Positions 17,785 through 25,805 of a stretch of 33,847 nucleotides of DNA are shown piece after piece. The notes below the pieces were generated by a model. That model did not search any database, was not told where the DNA came from, and saw only the letters and a list, made by a program, of their open reading frames with translations. The stretch is taken from NCBI GenBank assembly GCA_964342815.1, contig CAYFHS010000022.1, positions 1-33,847 on the forward strand, in the 5' to 3' direction. Position 1 is the first letter of the stretch. Each line of letters begins with the position of its first letter. Origin of the DNA: an uncultured archaeon (GTDB lineage: Archaea > Thermoplasmatota > Penumbrarchaeia > JASLWR01). Position numbers and translations under genes: made by a program.

Positions 17785-20700
17785 ATGCTAAATTCCATCA
17801 CTACCTTTATACGGCAAATTATCAAACCCAACCCCCGGCGCATGATCAACCGTCAAAGAGTTATCCTTGTACTTTTCATCGTTTTCATCGCAGTCACGAT
17901 CTACATCCGCGGTTTCGAGCACGGGATCGAAGGGGGAAAACCGCATCTTAAGGACGAGGAAGGGTTCTACGGCTGGGCGGAGCTTTATACCGAGGGTTAT
18001 TATTCCATCCCACTTCAGGAGGCCCGTGGAACCTACCATTACGATACTGTTTTTACAACTAAATCAGAAAATAAGACAACAGAGCTAACGACCAATATTG
18101 GATCATTTGATGCAGTTGGCAAAGATAACGATCTCAAAATCGAGCTTTTATATGTAAATGGAACTCCGGTTTTCAATGCCAATGTGTCGATCAAGCTCAA
18201 GGGGGGGCTGTCGGGTGGTGTTGCTTCCAATAATACTGATGAAAATGGTACCTGCATATTATATAACATACCCATGGGGATTGTACCACTTGAGATTATT
18301 ATCCCGAGGGATGATGATGTTCCCTTGGTAATGCAAACCATGATCGACTCCAAATCCAAGGGCGGTAGGTACAATATCTTTGCAACAGTGGAAGTAGAAC
18401 AGCTGACCTATGAATCTCTTGGAACGAGCATAAAGGTTGAACGGATCATTAACGGAACAGCCGAACCTCTTTTAAGGGCCAAAATAAATGTCAACGGCCA
18501 ATTTATTGGCGAGACGAATATTGCGGGTGAGCTGTATCTCAATTCGTCAGATTCAGATCATGCATTTGTCAGAATACGGCCTTCAACGGGTGAGCTAAAG
18601 GGTATGCAGGTTAGCCTGGGTGCCTTACAAGAGATCACCGATGACAAGGGTGCCGTCCTTTTTGCTGTGGAGAACCAGTACGAACTTACGGTCTTGGTGG
18701 AGGATATTTTCGGGTCACCCGTTTCCGATGTGGACATCTCAGTTGATCCAAATCCGCAAACGAAGGAAATAATTGATAGCACCGGTGCGGACGGACAAAT
18801 TAAATTTCAAATGAAATTGAAAGAAGGCGAGCATCGCCTAGTGGCCCACAAGGATGTGGACGGTTATATCCCTCCTCTGGCCTCCGGAGTTGCCGTGGTG
18901 GACGGTGAATATCATTATGTGAACCACTGGCCCCCCGGACCTTCTGTGGTTATCTCTTGGCTCATTTATGTGGGTGCTGAGGACTTTTTCGGTCTTATCG
19001 TGGTTATTATTCTAAGTTTCAGTACCTGGGGAGTGGCGCGACGTATCTTCGGGTGGAAAGTTGCTGCAATTGCAACTTTCTTGTCCATGACCTGCGGTAT
19101 AACCCTCCAGTTGTATTTCGGGCAGTGGATGGGTGACCTTTCCTCAACAGCATTTGCAATGGGTGGTTTTTGGCTATTTTTGATTTCTGTTAAGCTGTGG
19201 AAAAATAGTCGTAATCGGGACGGGATAAATGGGAAGGAAAATTGGAGCATTGGAAATGATAATATCGCTTGGGAAGAAGAATCCCCGAAGATAGATTCCA
19301 ATGGTGTTGTCAGGAATGGAAATACAATTATGGGAAAGTGGATCCAGCCGATCTCTCTCGCACTAGTGGCGGGGATTCTTTTTGGGTCCAGCGTTACCAT
19401 GAGATATTCAACGCTTGTTGCCTGTTTCATGCCCTACATTTATTTTCTGGGCCTTAGTATAAGAGAAGCTTCAGGTCAGCGAAAAGTTTTCCTTAAGAAA
19501 TTCTTTTCGAAAAGATCGCTCGGGTCCTGGCTAGGGATAATAATTCCTTTAACCATCGGAATGATCATAATTGGATCTATGTTGATGTGCTACAATGCGA
19601 AATATTTCGGGGGACCAATGAACTCGGGATACCAGGCGCAAAATATCCGAGCAGTTATCAATACGGATACTTCCGGTAATCAATCCCTGGAATCGTACGA
19701 ATCCCCGAACACATTCTTTGAAAGCTATTTCATCTGGGGTGAGGACGATAAGGAAAACGCACCATATATTTTTCAATATATTCTGATATTCGTACCCATA
19801 TTTTTTCTTTCGATACCTGCTCTCTGGTTATTGAGAAAGGAACCTCTGATGTATTCATTGTTCGCCTGGATCATTTTAACTTTTGTAATTTATCTCTCGC
19901 AGGGGTGGGTGCTGAAAAGGACCATAGAGGATATCAGATATTATTCTCCCATGATACCGCCATGCGCCATACTCGGCGGATCGATGCTTGTTCGGATGGG
20001 ACGGGGTGGTGCCTGGCGAAATCCGGGCCGGATATCAAAAATAATAACCACTGGAATTACTTCTATCGTTGTAATCCTTTTGCTGGTGGCCACCGTTACA
20101 GCCGGAAATTACGCTATTGAAGAGAGGATGGAAAAATCTAAAAGAAGTCAGCCTCAAGGCGGGATGAATGAACCACTCACCATAAAGGAGGTTCCCATAC
20201 CTCGACTGCTTGAAAATCCATTGGGATACAAAGGCAAAAAGGTCACGGTGACTCATGGTATCGTGGATCAGATAATGGACTCAGGTAAAGGTCTTACCCT
20301 GATCAGAGACGAAAGAGAGCCGGAAAAGAAAATCTTAGTTTCCCCGGTAGATCCAATTCAAGGAATTGAGTTGGATATGAGGATTGAAGCCACCGGTACA
20401 TTCTTGCCGCCACAGAATTCATCGGGGTACTGGCAGGTGATTGTTGAGAGAGCCGGAGACTTAAAAAAAGGGGAAATTATCACTATTAATATCACGATCA
20501 AATCACTGCTGGAAAAACCTGAAGATTTTAATGGGAAACGGCTAAAAGTAATCCATGCCGTCGTTGAGAGGATCATTAACCAGGAAAAAGGGATCGCTCT
20601 AATAAGAGACTATAAGTTTCCGGACAAAAAGATCGTGCTCAATCCAACTGGGCCGATCCCAGGTGTGGTAGCAGGAGCGAGATTGGAGGCGTTCGGGCGT

Positions 20701-21075
20701 TTCGGACCTGATAAGAAGAAACCTGGAAACTGGATGCTATTGGTAGAAGATGAAAATGATGTGAAGTTCGTCTCTAGAGGTTTTACGAAGGACGATCTGG
20801 ATAATATGAGCAATGTTACCGTCGAAGATCATGAAACAAGGAATGAAGATTCTATTCCCGATCTGAGCATAATGCAGGGTAATCCTCCTCCAGGGCAGGG
20901 AGCCAATAAAAAGTCCGGAAACTCGAAATCCCGAAGTGGACTGGAACACCCCCCCCTCGATAAAGAACTTAATACTGCCAAACTTTTTTCTACTGCAAGC
21001 CTGATACTTTTTTATGTATTCGGTCTAATCTTATTCATAGGAGGACGAGTGAACCGAAAATACAGCAATCAGTAG
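17785..21075 (+). CDS. Large GT-C-fold membrane glycosyltransferase-like protein (ArnT/PMT-like) with inserted beta-sandwich domains and two C-terminal OB-like repeats
   Basis: TM1 followed by KDEEGFY (acidic loop-1 motif); HWPPGPS; more than 10 TM helices; RYYSPMIPP; two roughly 95-aa repeats beginning LLENPLGYKGKKV and LLEKPEDFNGKRL. Confidence 0.7.
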   Translation: MLNSITTFIRQIIKPNPRRMINRQRVILVLFIVFIAVTIYIRGFEHGIEGGKPHLKDEEGFYGWAELYTEGYYSIPLQEARGTYHYDTVFTTKSENKTTELTTNIGSFDAVGKDNDLKIELLYVNGTPVFNANVSIKLKGGLSGGVASNNTDENGTCILYNIPMGIVPLEIIIPRDDDVPLVMQTMIDSKSKGGRYNIFATVEVEQLTYESLGTSIKVERIINGTAEPLLRAKINVNGQFIGETNIAGELYLNSSDSDHAFVRIRPSTGELKGMQVSLGALQEITDDKGAVLFAVENQYELTVLVEDIFGSPVSDVDISVDPNPQTKEIIDSTGADGQIKFQMKLKEGEHRLVAHKDVDGYIPPLASGVAVVDGEYHYVNHWPPGPSVVISWLIYVGAEDFFGLIVVIILSFSTWGVARRIFGWKVAAIATFLSMTCGITLQLYFGQWMGDLSSTAFAMGGFWLFLISVKLWKNSRNRDGINGKENWSIGNDNIAWEEESPKIDSNGVVRNGNTIMGKWIQPISLALVAGILFGSSVTMRYSTLVACFMPYIYFLGLSIREASGQRKVFLKKFFSKRSLGSWLGIIIPLTIGMIIIGSMLMCYNAKYFGGPMNSGYQAQNIRAVINTDTSGNQSLESYESPNTFFESYFIWGEDDKENAPYIFQYILIFVPIFFLSIPALWLLRKEPLMYSLFAWIILTFVIYLSQGWVLKRTIEDIRYYSPMIPPCAILGGSMLVRMGRGGAWRNPGRISKIITTGITSIVVILLLVATVTAGNYAIEERMEKSKRSQPQGGMNEPLTIKEVPIPRLLENPLGYKGKKVTVTHGIVDQIMDSGKGLTLIRDEREPEKKILVSPVDPIQGIELDMRIEATGTFLPPQNSSGYWQVIVERAGDLKKGEIITINITIKSLLEKPEDFNGKRLKVIHAVVERIINQEKGIALIRDYKFPDKKIVLNPTGPIPGVVAGARLEAFGRFGPDKKKPGNWMLLVEDENDVKFVSRGFTKDDLDNMSNVTVEDHETRNEDSIPDLSIMQGNPPPGQGANKKSGNSKSRSGLEHPPLDKELNTAKLFSTASLILFYVFGLILFIGGRVNRKYSNQ

Positions 21076-21452
21076 AGACACCAGGGTTAGCGAACCAGTC
21101 CTGTGAAGACACACCTCACCGCGTACACTTCGTCTTGAAACATCTGAGATGCCGCTTACGCTACGTTGAATCAGAGATTCAACTGCATCCTTGGCATGTT
21201 TGCCTATGGATGTTTCTATCCCTGCCCGCAAGTTTGCTGACAGGCTACGCAACACCTTCTAGGCGTTGCTGGGCCTGTAGTCATACTTGACGAATGCGCA
21301 GTTGGATTCCAAATCCAACGGAATGCAATGGGCGCCCTCGGTATGTATACCTGCGGACGTGTCACTCTGGACAAGTAATGACTTGTCAAGTATCTGGACT
21401 CGGTAGAACAGTGTATCTCGATTGAATCGAATGATTCGGTCCCATTATGGGC
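21076..21452. ncRNA. Candidate large structured non-coding RNA, family unassigned, strand uncertain (minus favoured by the promoter)
   Basis: No credible ORF; hand count of 188 G+C in 375 nt (50%) versus 89 in 290 nt (31%) in the next spacer; 10 or more hand-verified helices, a multibranch junction and a long-range closing helix (see findings). Confidence 0.65.
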
Positions 21453-21548
21453 TTACAAACCGCCAAGGTTTCTCAATTCCTTTAACAGGGAGATCTCATC
21501 CTCGGTAAGGAATAATCCCCGCAGTTGCATTTGTTCGTCTTCTTCCAT
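21453..21548 (-). CDS. Small 31-aa ORF MEEDEQMQLRGLFLTEDEISLLKELRNLGGL
   Basis: ATG preceded by purine-rich AAGGGGG at SD-like spacing; amphipathic-looking helix; below the size cutoff of the ORF track. Confidence 0.45.
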   Translation of the reverse strand: MEEDEQMQLRGLFLTEDEISLLKELRNLGGL

Positions 21549-21642
21549 TTGTCAAACCCCCTTGAATGACACGGGAACGTGCTCATGGAAAGCAAATTCC
21601 CTGAAACTTTTTCAGTTTCTGAGAAAAAATACCGATTATTCC

Positions 21643-21654
21643 TTATTTAAATAA
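21643..21654 (-). promoter_or_regulatory. Palindromic TATA-like box TTATTTAAATAA, plausibly driving a minus-strand transcript from about 21620
   Basis: TTTAAATA core with purine-rich sequence upstream on the minus strand; the nearest plus-strand start is about 250 nt away. Confidence 0.4.
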
Positions 21655-21896
21655 TCTCTCTCGACTACTATGAGTGATTATCATTTCCGAGAATGACCTG
21701 ATTTTGATAGATTTTTCACTGGTCCGAGAACACATTTGTCCTTTCCAATTAAGAAATCATAAACAAAGTTCCAGCAAAACACCATCACTGTGGGAAAAAA
21801 TAAAGAATATTAAATATTCAAAGCATCTTTACAGCCTTTTTGAAATAACAAATTTCAAATTGATATATTTTCAGAGGTGTAGGAGGAAGATAGTTA

Positions 21897-23060
21897 ATGG
21901 GTCACAAATATGCTGTTATAGGAGTCGGGCGTCAGGGAACTGCAGCTGCCTATGATATGGGTAAGTTTGGAGACGCGGACGATATTATCCTCGTTGACTC
22001 ACAGGAGGGTATTGCTGAAAAAGCGGCAAAGAGAATAAATGAACTGCTCACCCGTGATGTCGCGAGGGGGCTGTGTGTCGATATAGTGGAAATGGACAAA
22101 CTGAAGACATTGCTTCAGGGAACAACATCCTTCCTTTCCGCCGCTCCCTATAGATACAATCTCCAACTTACGGAACTCGCCATCTCGATCGGATCGAATA
22201 TGTGTGACCTCGGTGGTAATACTGAGATCGTAAGAAAACAGCTTGCTTATAATACGGAAGCGCTGAAGGCAGGGATAACAATCGTTCCCGACTGCGGGAT
22301 GGGACCCGGAATGAACATTTCACTTGCCATGTATGCCATTTCTCTTATGGATAAAGCAAAAGAGGTTTTAATCTGGGACGGGGGACTTCCACTGGAACCG
22401 AAACCGCCCTGGAATTATCTATTGACCTTTGCATTCAACGGATTGGCTAATGAATATTATGGCAATGCGTATTTCCTGCGTAATGGAAAGGTTACCGAGG
22501 TAGAGTGTTTTGACGGATTCGAGGAACTGGAATTTTCGCCTCCCCTGGGTCGACTCGAGGCTTTTGTAACCTCGGGGGGTCTATCAACGGCTCCTTGGAC
22601 ACTGGAGGGAAATCTCGAGCGACTCGAGAACAAAACACTCCGTTATCCGGGTCACTGGGCACAGTTCAGGGCCTTCCGTCAGCTTGGCCTCCTATCGTTG
22701 GATCCGGTTGATGTAGGGGGTACCGAGCTTATTCCACGGAATGTACTGTGTGCATTATTGGAGCCAAAGATTGTCCGACCTAAAATAAAAGATATATGCG
22801 TGATACTGGTAAAATGTGTAGGAGAAAAGAAAGGGGAAAAAACAGAGGTATATGTCGAACTAGTGGATCTCTATGATGAAAGGACCGGTTTTACAGCAAT
22901 GCAGCGCATAACGGGATGGCATGCTTCCATCATAGCCATACTAGCCGCCAAGGAAAGAATGGCTCCCGGGGCGATCCCCGTGGAAATAGCGGTCCCAGGT
23001 ATTACAATGGTTCAGGAAGCGAGGAAGAGAGGTTTGAAGGTAAAAGAACGTTTCGAATAA
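21897..23060 (+). CDS. Saccharopine dehydrogenase / lysine 6-dehydrogenase-family oxidoreductase
   Basis: VIGVGRQG Rossmann motif, DLGG, PDCGMGPG, GGLP..PKPPWNY, TSGGLST, KTLRYPGH and TAMQRITG; SD AGGAGG. Confidence 0.9.
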   Translation: MGHKYAVIGVGRQGTAAAYDMGKFGDADDIILVDSQEGIAEKAAKRINELLTRDVARGLCVDIVEMDKLKTLLQGTTSFLSAAPYRYNLQLTELAISIGSNMCDLGGNTEIVRKQLAYNTEALKAGITIVPDCGMGPGMNISLAMYAISLMDKAKEVLIWDGGLPLEPKPPWNYLLTFAFNGLANEYYGNAYFLRNGKVTEVECFDGFEELEFSPPLGRLEAFVTSGGLSTAPWTLEGNLERLENKTLRYPGHWAQFRAFRQLGLLSLDPVDVGGTELIPRNVLCALLEPKIVRPKIKDICVILVKCVGEKKGEKTEVYVELVDLYDERTGFTAMQRITGWHASIIAILAAKERMAPGAIPVEIAVPGITMVQEARKRGLKVKERFE

Positions 23061-23163
23061 TGGTATATTTATAACATTCAATTATATCTCTATAATCTAT
23101 TAAATATATCTTGTGTATTAACCACGTATTTCGGTTCTTAACCGTTTAATATAGAGGTATTTC

Positions 23164-23394
23164 ATGTCGGCCAGCTGGGTTATCGCATTGATTATCGTCC
23201 TGTGCGTGATAGTCACCGGTACTGCCGCTTTTCTCATATGGTGGTTCGTGATACGGAAAAAGAAGGAAGACCCGGATAGTTATATCTCAGTTACCTGTTC
23301 GACCTGTGGGAATTCCCTGAATATAGATAAATATAATCCACCAACGAAAATAGTATGTCCCAATTGCGGTAAAGAAGGGCCGGTGAAACACTAA
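23164..23394 (+). CDS. Small single-TM protein with a C-terminal zinc ribbon
   Basis: SD GAGGT; N-terminal TM followed by RKKKE; CSTC-x14-CPNC. Confidence 0.75.
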   Translation: MSASWVIALIIVLCVIVTGTAAFLIWWFVIRKKKEDPDSYISVTCSTCGNSLNIDKYNPPTKIVCPNCGKEGPVKH

Positions 23395-23433
23395 ATTGAG
23401 ATCAGACGGTAATATATTAACGGAAGTGTAGTC

Positions 23434-25800
23434 TTGGCAGGCATGTCCAATTTTGTTCCAGACGTGGAATATCATCCCTCACCATTTCGAAATAGATTAC
23501 TTAAGAGAATGGTTGAAGCCAAAGAGGAAATTCTGATATCCACAAGATTCTTTAATCAGGCAACTGCCGGTCTTCTCAAGCGGCTTATATTATCCAAAGA
23601 GTTCAGAGATCCGTTTGATATTCGAATTGTCACCTCTGTTACCGAAGAGAATATGCGTACTGGTTCCGTGGATCCCCACGCCCTATTGGAAAGCTTAAAT
23701 CTCATTGCTCCAACGGAATTGAATCTGACCTTCAAGAGCATATTAAATGCTGAAATGACCTTCATCGCTATAGATGCGGAATTTGTCGCTGTACTCCTTG
23801 GAAAGTTAGACGAGGATTCTTTCAATCGGTCTGTCACGTCACTACTAGAATTGAATGATGAGGATGTTGTTTCTTCCATGATCGCCAGTTTTGATGACAT
23901 ATGGAAAAGATCGACATCCTTGAACGAAAGTAACCTCACCGAATTCATCAAAACTGTGGGAGACGTTCCCCTTATCGGTCTGCCATCCGGTGTTGGGATC
24001 GGATCCACGATTTCACCTTTGGGATCTGATACTGAAGACGTTTCGCTGCGAAGCGTTGATGATATGGTTTACGAACTGTTGGAGGAATCGGAGAATGCTG
24101 CTTTCGATGAAGATTACGACACAGCACTGAAATTCATTGATCAAGCCCTCGGGATAAATCCCAAATCTACCATGGGGAACCTACTGAAGGGAAAATACTT
24201 ATACGAACACAAATCGGATCTGGATGGTGCACTAAAGGCATTCAACAAATTGGTCAGTATAAATGATGGCCATGAAGAGGGATTCTTCTATCTAGGCTCC
24301 ATTTTATACAAGAAAAATAAGGATATCGATGCCCTTGAGGCCTTCGATAAAGTCACCATGATAAATCCCGATAACGAACAATCCTGGTATTATAAAGGGG
24401 TTTTGCTCGCAAGAGCTTTCGAAAAATATGATGATGCCATCAAGTGTCTTGACATGGCCATAAAGCTCGAACCTTACCTTGACATGGCGTGGTTCGAGAA
24501 AGGAAATATCTATTACAAATATCTTGATAAAACTGATGAAGCACTTCGTTATCTTCAGGGAGCCATAAGGATAAATCCCGATAATATGGATGCCCAACTG
24601 CTGAAAGCAAATATCCACTTTAAGGTTAAAAAGGACAAAAAAGGAGCTTTAAAAGTAATTGAAAAGATTCTTAAAAGGGACCCCGCTAATGAAAAGGCAT
24701 TATCACTTGTAACCAAGATACTGAAAAAAAGCCGTAAAGATGCTAGCGCCGTTGATATGGCCATGAAATATTTTGACAAAGCAATTGAAGAGGACCCCAA
24801 AAATATCAAGGCACTTCTCGGAAAAGGGAAGATACTCTATAGGAGCAAGTCTCAATACGATGAGGCTCTGAAATGTTTCAAGGCGGTACTACGGGAAGAC
24901 ATTCGTAATATCAAGGCGCTGATCGCGATTGCTAATATTCTATTGCTCATAGATAAACCGAAAGAATCGTCAAGGGTATTGGATGAAGCTTTGAACCTTG
25001 ACAAGAAAAATGGTAAACTGCTATACCTTAAGGGTTACGTACTCTCAAAAGGATTGAAAAAGCACAATGAAGCGCTGAGACTTCTCGATGCAGCCACCAA
25101 ACTTAACCCCCGAAATGCAAAAGCATGGTACGAAAAAGGCCATATATTCGGTTCGGTATTCGAAAAATATAACGATGCCATATACTGCTTCGATAAATCA
25201 CTTCGTCACGATCCCGAAAACGAGAATGCATGGTATGACAAGGGGCTGATCCTATCACAGCACTTGAACGATCCCCAGGGGGCTCTCATCTGCTTTGACG
25301 AGGCTACCAAGATTAATCCGGATTTTGAGATCGCATGGTATGACAAGGCCATCGTGCTTTGCAGTTATTACAATCGCTTCGAGGATGCTATTCTGTGTTT
25401 TAACAAGGTACTGGAGATAAATCCCAACGATCAGGATGCTTGGTACAACAAGGGTAACGCTTTGGCAGACCTGGGACGATATGAGGAAGCACTGATCAGT
25501 TTTGACAATACTCTTGCGCTTGAACCCGATATGTGGCAGGCATGGGGAAACAAAGGAAACATTCTTGACTCTCTGGGAAGATATGACGAGGCTGTTGAGT
25601 GCTTCGACCAGGCGATTCATCTAAATCCCAATGATGAGACCGCGTGGTACAACAAGGGAAACTGCCTTGTCAACCTCGGAAGGTATCGAGAAGCCATCCA
25701 GTGTTTTGAAAACACTTTGGCAATCGATCCCAGTCACACAATGGCAGATAAGAACAGGGTGATATGTTACAATAAACTTCACCAAATGAGATATTATTAA
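23434..25800 (+). CDS. TPR-repeat protein (16 repeats) with an N-terminal degenerate PLD/TrmB-like domain
   Basis: Clear TPR consensus W..KG..L..LGRYEEA...F..AL.L.P. The N-terminus has the PLD-like pattern EEILISTRF...IRIVT...FDDIWKRS but no HKD. The start could be ATG 23443. Confidence 0.85.
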   Translation: MAGMSNFVPDVEYHPSPFRNRLLKRMVEAKEEILISTRFFNQATAGLLKRLILSKEFRDPFDIRIVTSVTEENMRTGSVDPHALLESLNLIAPTELNLTFKSILNAEMTFIAIDAEFVAVLLGKLDEDSFNRSVTSLLELNDEDVVSSMIASFDDIWKRSTSLNESNLTEFIKTVGDVPLIGLPSGVGIGSTISPLGSDTEDVSLRSVDDMVYELLEESENAAFDEDYDTALKFIDQALGINPKSTMGNLLKGKYLYEHKSDLDGALKAFNKLVSINDGHEEGFFYLGSILYKKNKDIDALEAFDKVTMINPDNEQSWYYKGVLLARAFEKYDDAIKCLDMAIKLEPYLDMAWFEKGNIYYKYLDKTDEALRYLQGAIRINPDNMDAQLLKANIHFKVKKDKKGALKVIEKILKRDPANEKALSLVTKILKKSRKDASAVDMAMKYFDKAIEEDPKNIKALLGKGKILYRSKSQYDEALKCFKAVLREDIRNIKALIAIANILLLIDKPKESSRVLDEALNLDKKNGKLLYLKGYVLSKGLKKHNEALRLLDAATKLNPRNAKAWYEKGHIFGSVFEKYNDAIYCFDKSLRHDPENENAWYDKGLILSQHLNDPQGALICFDEATKINPDFEIAWYDKAIVLCSYYNRFEDAILCFNKVLEINPNDQDAWYNKGNALADLGRYEEALISFDNTLALEPDMWQAWGNKGNILDSLGRYDEAVECFDQAIHLNPNDETAWYNKGNCLVNLGRYREAIQCFENTLAIDPSHTMADKNRVICYNKLHQMRYY

Positions 25801-25805
25801 GGATC

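Noticed and set aside
21080-21215. HEARO/omegaRNA identity (ACCAG..., CTACGTT)
   Set aside because: Only short strings match, the GTCAA-type start and characteristic pseudoknot are not evident, and no IscB/IsrB ORF follows. Not fully excluded without a covariance-model search.
21031-21255. 74-aa minus-strand ORF over the structured element
   Set aside because: No ATG start or SD, no motif, and it overlaps the end of the GT-C gene; structure explains the sequence better.
21240-21282. SRP RNA identity (minus-strand CAGGCCC-AGCAAC; plus-strand GCCTGTAGTC Alu-like string)
   Set aside because: The GGAA-capped helix 8 between CAGG and AGCA is absent, and the two fragments are on opposite strands of the same bases.
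21165-21319. CRISPR mini-array from two GTTG...CAAC hairpins
   Set aside because: The two units differ at several positions, are only 19 nt long and are 136 nt apart, and no cas genes are present.
21076-21560. RNase P RNA, tmRNA, tRNA or group I/II intron identity
   Set aside because: No GAGGAAAGUCC/P4 partner, no pairing T-arm or acceptor stem (GGTTCG sits in a 4-bp hairpin), and no group I P7 pair or group II domain V.
21674-21955. 93-aa plus-strand ORF
   Set aside because: AT-rich promoter region, no motif, and it overlaps the start of the dehydrogenase, which has its own strong SD.
24060-25440. Calling the 35-aa repeats PPR repeats
   Set aside because: The residue pattern (W..KG..L....Y..A...F..A....P) is TPR consensus, not PPR.
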